From an uncultured delta proteobacterium (GTDB lineage: Bacteria > Desulfobacterota > Desulfobaccia > Desulfobaccales > 0-14-0-80-60-11): DNA of 64,000 bases. The DNA is taken from contig CAWCOX010000004.1 in the NCBI GenBank assembly GCA_963797235.1, forward strand, positions 635,332 through 699,331. The letters run 5' to 3'. Position numbers and translations under genes: made by a program. How positions within the stretch are numbered: position 1 is the first letter of the stretch; every line of letters begins with the position of its first letter. Below are positions 45,739-57,344 of this stretch, piece by piece. Below the pieces are notes generated by a model. That model searched no databases. It saw nothing but the letters and a program-made list of their open reading frames with translations, and was not told the DNA's origin.

Positions 45739-47313
45739 ATGAAAGTCTTGTTGCTGAACCCTGAAATGCCCGGCGCCTTCTGGTCTTTCAAGGAAACCTG
45801 TAAGATCGCGGGAACCAAGGCGCTCCTGCCCCCTTTAGGGTTGCTTACCGTGGCGGCGCTTTTCCCTCAGGAATGGGAATACCGTTTAGCGGACCTGAAC
45901 ACCGGGAAAAAACTCACCACGGCAGACTGGCAATGGGCTGATCTGGTGATGATCTCCGGGATGATTATCCAGAAGCTGGGGGTTCTGGCCCTGATTCGAG
46001 AAGCCAAGTCCCGGGGCAAGACCGTGCTCGTGGGCGGACCCTACGCCACCTCCCTGCCCGAGGCAGTGCTGGCGGCTGGGGTTGATTTTCTGGTACGCGG
46101 CGAAGGGGAAAATACCATTCCCCTGCTGCTGGCAGCCATGTCGGCAGGCGAGAAGACGGGGGTCTTCCAGGCCGCGGACAAACCGGATATGGCCCTGTCG
46201 CCGGTGCCCCGTTTCGACCTGCTGAACCTGGAGGATTATAATATCTTGGGCATCCAAACCTCCCGGGGCTGCCCCTTCGATTGTGAATTCTGTGATGTGG
46301 TCAATCTCTTCGGCCGGGTGCCTCGCTACAAATCACCGCAGCAGGTCCTGGCGGAGTTGGAGGCATTGTACCGCCTGGGATGGCGGGGCGGGGTCTTTAT
46401 CTGCGACGACAATTTCATCGGCAACAAGGACCATACCCGCGCCATCCTGGGGCAATTAACCCCCTGGATGAAGGAACACGATGATCCCTTCGGCTATTGG
46501 ACCCAGGCCTCGGTCAATCTGGGCCAGAATACGGAAATAATCGATCTGTTGACCGCCGCCAATTTCGGCACCATCTTTCTGGGCGTCGAGACTCCGGATG
46601 AGGAATTGCTGAAACTGAACCGGAAATACCAGAACCTCAGCACTCCCGCAGCCCAATCCCTCACCACCATCACTGCCAATGGCCTGACCCCGATGGCCAG
46701 TTTTGTCATCGGCTTCGACCACGAAAAGCCTGGAGCCGGCGAGCGGATCTGTCAATTCGTCGAAGAAAACCACATCCCCCTGGTGATGCTTAATACCCTG
46801 TATATCCTCCCCAACACCAGTCTGTGGCAGCGGCTCCAGGCAGAGGGCCGTCTCCGGGAAGTCTCGACCTCAGGGGACGTGTACCAACTGGGAGGATTGA
46901 ATTATCTGCCGGATCGCCCCGAAGCGGAGATCCTGAGGGAATACGTGCAAACCGTAGACCGTCTCTATGAACCTTCAAGGTTCCTGGCCCGGGCCTACCA
47001 GCAAATCCTGACCATGCGGCCGACCCGGCGGCAGATGAAAATCCAGGCCGGCCAGAAAAGCCCAGCCCGCAAAAAAGCCCAATTGCCCTGGCGCAAACAG
47101 GTCAAAGATTTGCTGGCGCTGGTAAAGCTCGTCTGGCGCCAGGGGATTTGGGCCGGCTGCCGCGGGCAGTTCTGGCGGCAATTATGGGGGGTATATCGGA
47201 AAAACCCAAGCCGGCTGAGACGTTACATCGTAATTTGCGCCTTGGGCGAATCAGTTTTCGGACTCAGGAGGGAGGTGCTGCGCCAAGCGGCCGGCAAGGG
47301 GATAACCTATTGA
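45739..47313 (+). CDS. B12-binding-domain radical SAM protein (with DUF4070-like C-terminal region)
   Basis: N-terminal cobalamin-binding-type Rossmann segment (MKVLLLNP..PPLGLLTVAALFP..DLVMISGM..VLVGGPYAT). Radical SAM core TSRGCPFDCEFCDV. ~130-aa basic C-terminal extension. Confidence 0.85.
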   Translation: MKVLLLNPEMPGAFWSFKETCKIAGTKALLPPLGLLTVAALFPQEWEYRLADLNTGKKLTTADWQWADLVMISGMIIQKLGVLALIREAKSRGKTVLVGGPYATSLPEAVLAAGVDFLVRGEGENTIPLLLAAMSAGEKTGVFQAADKPDMALSPVPRFDLLNLEDYNILGIQTSRGCPFDCEFCDVVNLFGRVPRYKSPQQVLAELEALYRLGWRGGVFICDDNFIGNKDHTRAILGQLTPWMKEHDDPFGYWTQASVNLGQNTEIIDLLTAANFGTIFLGVETPDEELLKLNRKYQNLSTPAAQSLTTITANGLTPMASFVIGFDHEKPGAGERICQFVEENHIPLVMLNTLYILPNTSLWQRLQAEGRLREVSTSGDVYQLGGLNYLPDRPEAEILREYVQTVDRLYEPSRFLARAYQQILTMRPTRRQMKIQAGQKSPARKKAQLPWRKQVKDLLALVKLVWRQGIWAGCRGQFWRQLWGVYRKNPSRLRRYIVICALGESVFGLRREVLRQAAGKGITY

Positions 47314-48993
47314 TTTGAATTGATCTTAAGCCCGGCCACGGTGTAAAGGCTGACCGGCTCCTGAATGCCCTTGAGGCGGGTCCGGAATTCCCGCTGGACC
47401 GCCAGAAAGGGCCCGGCGTGGCCCCGGACCGCGTCTGAGACTACTACTTCGCCGCCCTGGGCCTGCCCCTGAATACGATGGGTCAGGTTGACCGCGGACC
47501 CTACGATCCCATACTTGGCCCGGCTCTCGGAGCCGATGTTGCCCACCACCACCTCTCCGGCGTGCAGACCGATGCCCATTTGCAAGGGAGGATACTCGGT
47601 GCCCGCGGCGTTGGCCGCGGCCTGGGCCGCCTGCATCTCCAAAGCGCAGGCCACGGCCTGGCGCGCCGCTTCCTCCAGGGAGTGGTCCAGGGGATCGAAG
47701 AAAGCCAGGACTGCGTCCCCCAAAAAATCGACGATAATGCCGTGATGGGCCCGGATGACCTCGATCATCTGGGAAAAATGGCGGTTGATCAGGCGGATGG
47801 TGGCCTCCGGACTCAGACTCTCCGCCAGTGGGGTAAAGCCCCGGATGTCGGAGAACATGATGACCACTTCCCGTTTCTCGCCCCCCAGGCGGCGCGCCGC
47901 CTCCGGCCGGCGCAGCAGCTTTCGGGCCACCTCTTCATCGACGTAGCGCCCGAAGGTGTTGCGAATAAAATCCCGTTCCTTCAGCCCCGCCACCATGTCG
48001 TTGAAGCTGCCGGTCAGCTGGCCGATTTCATCCCGGCTCGTCACCGGCAAGGGCTCGCCGTACTCCCCGGCAGCCACCTGGGAGGCCCGGTTGGAGATGC
48101 GGCGGATGGCCTTGACCATGGGGGTCGTTCCCAGGCGGATGAGCACCAGGATCACGCTCAGACAAAGAAAGCCGCCCCCGAGATAATAGAAGTGGAAGCG
48201 GCGGATGGGGGCCATAATCTGCCTGCCCTCGGCATGGAGCATGATGGCCCAGGGGGCGTCGTGGAGCCGATAGAAGCCGATAACCTTGCCGTGCCCCATG
48301 ATGGTTCCGGAGGTCTTCTCCTTCATCTCCGCCAGCATGGCTATCTCCAAAGGATCGCGGTTCTCCCCCAGGCAATGGCGGCCGGCCATGGCGGGGTCGC
48401 TGTGGGCCAGGTATAGGCCTTCCCGGTTCACCAGGCAAGCCATGTTGCTCTGCAGCCAGCCCGAAGGCAGGACGCCTGCCATGAGATAGTCGAATTTAAC
48501 GAAGACGGTAAGCTGGCCCAGGGGCCGGCCGGCCGCGTCCAGAAGTTGGGACTTGAGGCCCACCACCCCCTGCCCCGGCGGATAAAGATATTCGGGCGGA
48601 GACACCCGGGCGATCTCGGCAGCCGCAATCCGGCCAGGGGCCGCCTGCCTGGGTGAGCCCGTTTCCCGGTCCGCTCCCCCAAGTCAGGTCTACCTGGCTG
48701 ACCCCCGGCAGTTGCCGCAGATGTTTTAAAATCCACTTATGGTTGTCCTCACCCTGTGGACCGCGGCCCGGTTTGGCAAAATTCTGCATCCACTGAATGG
48801 GCTCGCTGAGGCGCATGTCCATGGAATGGGCCGCCCGTTCCAACCGCAGCGTGGCGGCTTCTTGCCATTCCCTGAAGAGGCTGTTCCGGATATATATATA
48901 GCCGACCGCACCCAGGGCGCTAAGAAAGATCACCACCGGCAGCACCAGGAAGATGATCAGCCGTTGCTGTAAGGATTTGATCTGCAACTGCAT
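47307..48993 (-). CDS. membrane sensor class III adenylate/guanylate cyclase (extracytoplasmic sensor + HAMP + cyclase), one +1 frameshift in the C5/G5 run 48676-48680
   Basis: TM1 LIIFLVLPVVIFLSALGAVGYIY and a periplasmic segment ..QVDLTW|GADRETGSPRQ..AAEIARVSPPEYLYPP.. Second TM, then HAMP (SRDEIGQLTGSFNDMVAGL). Cyclase core VVIMFSDIRGFTPLAE..DFLGDAVLAFF..GLHAGEVVVGNIGS..YGIVGSAVNLTHR. Confidence 0.8.
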
Positions 48994-49004
48994 AAATAAG
49001 TTTA

Positions 49005-51182
<2,178 letters not shown>

Positions 51183-51230
51183 GATTAATTTCCTTAATTC
51201 CGTGAATTTTCTTTTAAGCCGAAAGCCGTC

Positions 51231-52658
51231 TCAGTAGGCCTGGCTATCCGTCAGGCTGCGCCAGACGGTGAGCCAGATGATCTTCAAGTCGAACCCCAGA
51301 GACCAGCGGCGTAGATAGTCCAGATCGAATTCCACTCGCTTTTCCATCTTTTCCAGGGTCTCGGTCTCGCCTCGCCAGCCGTTGACCTGGGCCCAGCCGG
51401 TCAGGCCCGGGCGCACCTTATGGCGCAGCATGTAGCCCGGGATGAGGCGACGGTAATACTCGTTGTGGGCCACCGCGTGGGGCCGGGGTCCGACAATGGA
51501 CATAGTCCCCTGAAGCACATTGAAAAACTGGGGCAGTTCGTCCAGGCTGGTACGCCGCAGAAACCGGCCCAAAGCCGTCACCCGCCGGTCGTTCTGGGTG
51601 GCCTGCGGCACCTGCGCCCCATCCTCGCAGACCTTCATGGTGCGGAATTTATAGACCACGATTTCATGGCCGTCCAGGCCGTAACGCCGCTGTTTAAAGA
51701 TGATGGGGCCCGGGGAGGACAATTTCACCCCCAGGGCGATCAAGAGCATGATGGGGGAGACGGATAACAGGATGAGGCTGGCCAGGACCAGGTCCTCCAG
51801 CCGTTTGACCCAGCCGCTGATGCCGAAGAAGGGGGTTTCCCAGAGGGAGATGAGAGGGATGCCCCGGAGATCGGTGAACCCGGCGGTCAGGAGGGAAAAG
51901 GTGAAGACGTCCGGAACGAAATAGACCGAGGCGGTGGTGTCCTGGAGGGTCTCCACCACCTGCCGCAGGCGCTCCTCGGCCCGCAGCGGCAGGGCCAGAT
52001 ATACCATGTGCATCTGGTGGTCCTGGACGAAGGGGACCATTTCGTCCAGATTGCCCAGGATAGGATAAGTTCTGGTCGGTTTGCCCTCGGCTTCCAGTTT
52101 CACCTCACCCGTCATCCCGTCGTCGAAGAAGCCGTGGAGACGCATCCCCAGCCAGGGGGTGTCCACGATGTTCCAGGCCAGCCGCCGCCCCAAATCTCCG
52201 GCCCCGGCGATCACGACGCTGCGGGTGTTGCGGCCCTGCCGCCGGAGCCAGCGCAAGCCCAGGTACACTTCCAGGCGCAGGGCTACCAGGGCTGCCGGCG
52301 CCAGCACCATCCAGGTAAGGACCACCCTCCGGGAGAAGAATATCGAGGTCTTGGTCACATAACCGAGCACGGAGAGGATGGCGATTACCAGGATCCAGCT
52401 CAGAAAGACCCGGCGCACCAGGCCCGTCAGGTTGGCGCCCCGCCAGGGCTGGTGCAGATTGGCGGTCTGGAAGACCAGCACGGTCAGCAGCAGGGTCGCC
52501 AGCCCCAGCATTTGATAGATGAGCCTGAAAGGTTCACCGTAGCATACACAGATGATGAACAGCAGCAAGACCACCACGACGCCATCCAGAATCCACTGAA
52601 CTCGGGAAATGAGCCAGCGGTACTGATCAAAGATGCCTTGTTGGCGGTTACTGAACAC
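51231..52658 (-). CDS. polyprenyl-phosphate hexose-1-phosphate transferase (WcaJ/WbaP-type priming enzyme)
   Basis: 475-aa ORF. N-terminal TM bundle, central Rossmann-like segment (VVIAGAGDLG), C-terminal bacterial sugar-transferase domain (SSPGPIIFKQRRYGLDGHEIVVYKFRTM..SLDELPQFFNVLQGTMSIVGPRP). Confidence 0.85.
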   Translation of the reverse strand: MFSNRQQGIFDQYRWLISRVQWILDGVVVVLLLFIICVCYGEPFRLIYQMLGLATLLLTVLVFQTANLHQPWRGANLTGLVRRVFLSWILVIAILSVLGYVTKTSIFFSRRVVLTWMVLAPAALVALRLEVYLGLRWLRRQGRNTRSVVIAGAGDLGRRLAWNIVDTPWLGMRLHGFFDDGMTGEVKLEAEGKPTRTYPILGNLDEMVPFVQDHQMHMVYLALPLRAEERLRQVVETLQDTTASVYFVPDVFTFSLLTAGFTDLRGIPLISLWETPFFGISGWVKRLEDLVLASLILLSVSPIMLLIALGVKLSSPGPIIFKQRRYGLDGHEIVVYKFRTMKVCEDGAQVPQATQNDRRVTALGRFLRRTSLDELPQFFNVLQGTMSIVGPRPHAVAHNEYYRRLIPGYMLRHKVRPGLTGWAQVNGWRGETETLEKMEKRVEFDLDYLRRWSLGFDLKIIWLTVWRSLTDSQAY

Positions 52659-52719
52659 CTGGTTCTCCGGATACTTTAGAAATTCTGCGCCGGCGCGACC
52701 CTCTGGTTCGCCGGTTATT

Positions 52720-53958
52720 TCAGCCCCGGGCCGCTAAACTCAGGAGCAACTCTTCCCATTGCCCCAAAAGCCGTTCCCGGCCCCAATGGGCCTCGGCATA
52801 TTGCCGGCCCTGGACGGACAATCGCTCCCTGAGGCCGGCATCGGCCGCCAGCCGCCGGATCGCCCGGGCCAGGGAAGCGGCAGCTTCCGGCTGCACCAGC
52901 AGCCCCGCCTGGGAGTCATTGGTGACCCGGCCCAGTTCCGTTCCAGCCGCGGCGGTGGCGATAAAGGCCCGGCCCGCGGCCATGATATTGGGCAGCTTGG
53001 ACGGCATCACCAGGTCCGCGGCCTGCCGCCGTTGCACTACCAGGTGGATATCGGCGGCGGCCAGCAGCGCCGGGAACCGGCTGCTAGATTGTAATGGCAA
53101 AAAGAGTAAATTATCAAGTCCCAGATCTTTGGCCTGCCGCTTTAGCCGCTCCCGGGCCCCCCCCTCCCCTGCCATGAGGTAGCGGATGGACCGGTCTTCC
53201 CGGGTCAGGGCCGCGGTCTGGAGCACCACCTCCAGACCCTGCTTCTCCCCCAGGCTGCCGGCGTAGAGCACCACGATCTCGGAGGTTAGCCCCAGTTCAC
53301 GGCGAATGGCGTTGTGGCGCGGTCCGGGCCGGAGGTTATCCAGGTCCGCCCAGTTGGGCAGCAGATGCAGGCGCGTCGCCGGTACCCCTTTGGTTTCGAG
53401 GCGATCCATCATGGGCCGGGAGATGGCGGTCACCGCCTGCGCCTTGCGAAATAGCCGGCGCTCCACTCCCGCCAGCCCGTGCAGCAGCAATGGCTGGCTC
53501 AAAATCCCCAATTCCCTGGCCATGTCCAACTGCAGATCCTGGACGTGGATCACCAGGGGGATACCCCGGCGCTGGCAGAAGAGGCCGGGGACCAACCCGG
53601 AGGTCATGGGGGGGCAGACGGCCACCACCACGTCCCAGGGTTGGCGCAGCAAACCGGTCAACCACCAATAGAAGCAGCTAATGGTAAAGCTGATCTCCTG
53701 GAGCAGACGCCCCTTCCCGGTGACCCGGGCCGGCACGTACTGGGGGGCCCGGAGCACCTCCACCCCGTCCAGCCATTCCCGCCGCCAGCGCTGGGGCCGG
53801 TAATCTTCCCGCACCCGCCACTGCGGATAATAGGGCGCCGCCGCCAGCACCGTGACCCGATGGCCCCGGGAGGCCAGATAGGCCCCCAGTTCCCCGGTAT
53901 ACCTGCCGATGCCCACCAGCTCGGGGGCATAGTTCATGCCGTGGATCAGCAGGCGCAC
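52720..53958 (-). CDS. glycosyltransferase family 4, WcaI-like
   Basis: I prefer GTG 53958 (V-RLLIHGMNYAPELVGIGRYTGELGAYLASRGHRVTVLAAAPYYPQW), which is the hallmark N-terminus of WcaI-like enzymes. The upstream 103 codons of the listed ORF overlap the methyltransferase gene out of frame. Confidence 0.8.
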   Translation of the reverse strand: MRLLIHGMNYAPELVGIGRYTGELGAYLASRGHRVTVLAAAPYYPQWRVREDYRPQRWRREWLDGVEVLRAPQYVPARVTGKGRLLQEISFTISCFYWWLTGLLRQPWDVVVAVCPPMTSGLVPGLFCQRRGIPLVIHVQDLQLDMARELGILSQPLLLHGLAGVERRLFRKAQAVTAISRPMMDRLETKGVPATRLHLLPNWADLDNLRPGPRHNAIRRELGLTSEIVVLYAGSLGEKQGLEVVLQTAALTREDRSIRYLMAGEGGARERLKRQAKDLGLDNLLFLPLQSSSRFPALLAAADIHLVVQRRQAADLVMPSKLPNIMAAGRAFIATAAAGTELGRVTNDSQAGLLVQPEAAASLARAIRRLAADAGLRERLSVQGRQYAEAHWGRERLLGQWEELLLSLAARG

Positions 53959-54911
53959 GGCGTTTGCTCCGGCCGGGCCGCGGCCACCAGGCAATCGCCC
54001 CGCAGCCGCCGGTTGGCCCCGGAAAAGAACGGCAACACCAGGAGCCGCGCCGTCAGCATCAGGCCGGCCACCACCGGGGCCGAGCGCAGCAGCCGGCTGC
54101 CCCGCCCGCTGCCCGAGCTCCGGCTGATACAGAACGATTGGGCCAGCCACAGGGCCGGGGTGAAGGTCTGTAGTGACGTCAGCCGGAAACCGGCCCGGGC
54201 CAGGACTCCTTCCAGGGTCCGGGGCGCAAAGTGCCAGAGATGATAGGGCACATGCCAGTTGACCCAACCCCGCCCGAAGACCCGGCGCCAGAGGCTCTCG
54301 GCATTGGGACAGGAGATCCAGACCTCGCCCCCGGGCTGCAACAGGCGGCGCACCTGGGCCAACATGGCCACCGGGTCCGTAGAGTGCTCCAGAACATTGC
54401 TCAGGACCACCACCGCATAAGGCGCCACCGGCTGAAAATCTTCCAGAGTCCCGGTGTAGACCGTAAAGCCCCGCTGCCGGGCCAGGGCCGCGGCCGCCTC
54501 ATTGATCTCCAAACCTTCCGCCACAAAGCCGTTGGCGGCATACCGGCTCAATCCCCGACCCTCGTTGCAGCCCAGATCGAGCAACCGGCCCCGGCCCCGG
54601 GGCAGGTGAAAAGAGATATCCCCGTCCCATTGCAGCCAGAGGCGATACACCCCCGAGGCCAGAAACCGCTCCCGCCAGGACTGGTAAGTCCCACCCGGCT
54701 CCACCCCGGCGTTATAAAATCTCTCGTACAGCGCCTTCAGTTCAGGTGCGGCGGGCCGGGGCCAGGTCTGCTCCAGGCCGCAGCCGGGGCATTGCAGGAT
54801 GTCATAAGTCCCGGGCGCCCCGAAGCGGTCGTCAGTCAGACTCGCCAGCACGACCCGGCAGGCCTGCCCGCAGAACCAACATTGCCGGGAAGCCGCCGCC
54901 TTCTCCATCAC
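53946..54911 (-). CDS. class I SAM-dependent methyltransferase with N-terminal zinc-ribbon-like Cys pairs
   Basis: CWFCGQ..QCPGCG (4-Cys), motif I LLDLGCNEGRG, post-I EGLEINE, and VVLSNVLEHSTDP typical of Methyltransf_11/23-type enzymes. Confidence 0.75.
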   Translation of the reverse strand: MMEKAAASRQCWFCGQACRVVLASLTDDRFGAPGTYDILQCPGCGLEQTWPRPAAPELKALYERFYNAGVEPGGTYQSWRERFLASGVYRLWLQWDGDISFHLPRGRGRLLDLGCNEGRGLSRYAANGFVAEGLEINEAAAALARQRGFTVYTGTLEDFQPVAPYAVVVLSNVLEHSTDPVAMLAQVRRLLQPGGEVWISCPNAESLWRRVFGRGWVNWHVPYHLWHFAPRTLEGVLARAGFRLTSLQTFTPALWLAQSFCISRSSGSGRGSRLLRSAPVVAGLMLTARLLVLPFFSGANRRLRGDCLVAAARPEQTPCAC

Positions 54912-55783
54912 AGCAGGTCCCGGTATTTCTGGGAGATGGGCGAGTCGGGGTCCTGCAACTCATTCAGCTTGAGGCTCACCTGATACTCATAAAAGGTGTG
55001 CAGCAGGCAGAAACGGAAGCCCAGGCGCCCATCCAGAAACCCCAGTCTGATGAAGTACATCCAGACGAATTTAAACAGGGAGCGGGCCGGCAGATGGCGG
55101 TAGGCCAGGTTTTTCAAAAAGCGGCGGCGCTCCGGCCCCCTGGCGCCCAGCAGGCCCGGCAGACCCTGGGCCTGGCCCGGCGTCATCTGGGTGCGCCGGG
55201 CTTCCACCGCCTCCAGGCTGGAATAGAGGTTATGGCGGTCGAAGTAGCGCTCGATGCCCTTGTAATCATGATGGATCAGGGGATTTTTCAGGTGGCCGGC
55301 CGGCCCTTGCAGCAGCACGTGCTCGTGGACCAGGCGGGCTTCATAGCGGCCTTGCCCCCTTTTGAGCAGGCGCAGATTATAATCCGGATACCAGCCGCCG
55401 TGGCGGATCCAGGTGCCGCCAAAGTAGTTCTGCCGGGCCAGATAATAGCCGCAAATCTCCCCGGGCCGGGCCACGGCCCCGGCAATCTCCCGGGCCAGGG
55501 CCGGGCTCACCCGTTCGTCGGCGTCGACAATCAGCACCCACTCGTGGGCGAAATCGACGTGATCCAGGGCCCAGTTTTTGTGGGCCGAAAAATTATCGAA
55601 CTGCCGCTGCACTACCCGGGCCCCCATTTGTCCGGCGAGCTTCACGGTGCCGTCGTCGCTAAACGAATCGAAGACCACCACATCATCGGCCCAGGCCACG
55701 CTCTCGAGGCAGCCCGGCAGGTTCAGCGCCTCATTTTTGGTGCAGATGAGCACCGAGACGGATGGTTTAGGCAAATCTGGCAT
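54908..55783 (-). CDS. glycosyltransferase family 2
   Basis: VSVLICTKNEALNLPGCLESV, VVVFDSFSDDGT, VLIVDADE (DxD). 4-nt overlap (ATGA) with the downstream methyltransferase. Confidence 0.85.
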   Translation of the reverse strand: MPDLPKPSVSVLICTKNEALNLPGCLESVAWADDVVVFDSFSDDGTVKLAGQMGARVVQRQFDNFSAHKNWALDHVDFAHEWVLIVDADERVSPALAREIAGAVARPGEICGYYLARQNYFGGTWIRHGGWYPDYNLRLLKRGQGRYEARLVHEHVLLQGPAGHLKNPLIHHDYKGIERYFDRHNLYSSLEAVEARRTQMTPGQAQGLPGLLGARGPERRRFLKNLAYRHLPARSLFKFVWMYFIRLGFLDGRLGFRFCLLHTFYEYQVSLKLNELQDPDSPISQKYRDLL

Positions 55784-55852
55784 AAGTATTCTTTTGCAGC
55801 AGGTGGGTTAACATCTCCCACCAACTGAGGTGGAGTGTCAGCCGACGAAGCC

Positions 55853-56048
55853 ACCCCTCACCCCAACCCTCTCCCCTCGCAGGGGAGAGGGGGTTTTGCT
55901 GCCCCCAGCTTCAACCTGCGCCGAAAGTTCTGCGCCTCCAAAATCCCCCTAAATCCCCCTTTTTCAAAGGGGGACTTAAAAGCCCCTTTTTGAAAGAGAG
56001 GGCAGGGGATTGAAAGAGGAAAATGGTTTCACGGTAAAACCTGCAACG
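55853..56048. repeat. mosaic repeat block (C/G-tract hairpin + family A copy 6 with degenerate second hairpin)
   Basis: CACCCCTCACCCCAACCCTCTCCCCTCGCAGGGGAGAGGG (hairpin 55867-55892). Family A core at 55941-56011 (AAATCCCCCTAAATCCCCCTTTTTCAAAGGGGGAC..), followed by TTTCACGGTAAAACCTGCAACG, a diverged copy of the terminal repeat. Confidence 0.8.
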
Positions 56049-56081
56049 ACAAAATATTGAAAATCTAACCAACATTAATTT

Positions 56082-57264
56082 TTATCCTTTTTTAGGCCTA
56101 TTAGCAATGAGCCGGGCGTACAAATCCTGCAAGGCCAGGGCCACGCCGTCCCACTGAAAGCGCCCGGCCACCAGTGCTTTTCCCCTCCGGCCCATCTCGG
56201 CCCCCCGCTCGGGGTCGGCCAGCAGCGCCTCCAGGTTCTCGGCCAGCCGGGTCGCCTCGCACGGCCCCACCAGGCCGGCGCCGGCTGCCGCCACCTCCCG
56301 CCAGATGTTCACCTGATCGGAGATGACCACCGGCAGGCCGCAGGCCATGGCCTCGACCACCGCCAGGCCGAAATTCTCGGAATACGACGGCAACACGAAC
56401 ATCTGGGCGTCCCGCAGCGCCGCCAGTTTCTCCTCGCCCAGCAGCATCCCGGTGAAAGTGGCGTAATCCGCCAGGCCGGCTGCCTGCAACCAGTCCCGAA
56501 CCCGCCCTCCCCAGCCGTCATTGTCCGGCCCGGCCACCACCAGGTGCACGTCCCGCCGGTGCCGCACCACCTGGGCCAGCGCCTGGACCAGCAGGTCCAG
56601 GCCCTTCTTAAAGTTGATCCGGCCCAAAAAGAGGATGATCTGCCTGGGCCCGATCTCAGGAAACCTCTCCCGGAAGCGCCCCGGTTCGGGCAGGTGCTGA
56701 AATTCCCGCAGATCCACGCCCAGAGGGACCACCACCCCCGGGGTCTCGCCAATATAGGGCCCGGCCAGCCGCATCTCCTCCTCGCTGGTAAAATGGACGG
56801 CCGCGGCCTCGGCGGATATTCCGCTGCTCGAACCAGGCCTCCATGATGGTCTTCCGCCAGCGGTGCCGCTGATACAGATAAGGGTCCAGGGTGCCGTGGG
56901 GCCGCATCAGGTAGGGAACCCCGTATTTCCGGCAGTAATGCCCGGCCACCAGGTCGTGGAACAGGTAGAGGGAGTGGATATGGCAGAGATCATAATCCCC
57001 GATGCCGCGGGCCAGGGACCGGGCCAGGGGCCAGGAGGTCCCCCAAAACCGGGGCGGCTGGATGGGAAAATAGCGGATTTCCACGCCCTCTTGCCGAACC
57101 GGCCGGTCCAGCGGCACCGCCAGTTCCCCGGGGCCGTCCTGGTTGGTGGTGTAGATGCTGACCTGATGGCCCAGACGGGCCACGGCCTGGGCCATGGCCA
57201 CGCAGGCCTTGGCCGGACCGCCGTAGCGGGGCGCCAGGTTGGCGATGACGTGGAGGATTTTCAT
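56082..57264 (-). CDS. glycosyltransferase family 4, one +1 frameshift near 56809
   Basis: MKILHVIANLAPRYGGPAKACVAMAQAV..WFEQRNIRR|AAAVHFTSEEEMRLAG..ILFLGRINFKKGLDLL..VLPSYSENFGLAVVEAMACGLPVVISD. Removing one G of CGAGGCC rejoins the halves. Confidence 0.8.
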
Positions 57265-57344
57265 ATTTATTCAGGGAACCGGAGAGCAGGCGCCCTCCCC
57301 TGCCGGGCACAGCCGAGGGCGGCTATTCTCCATGAAGCTCCAAT

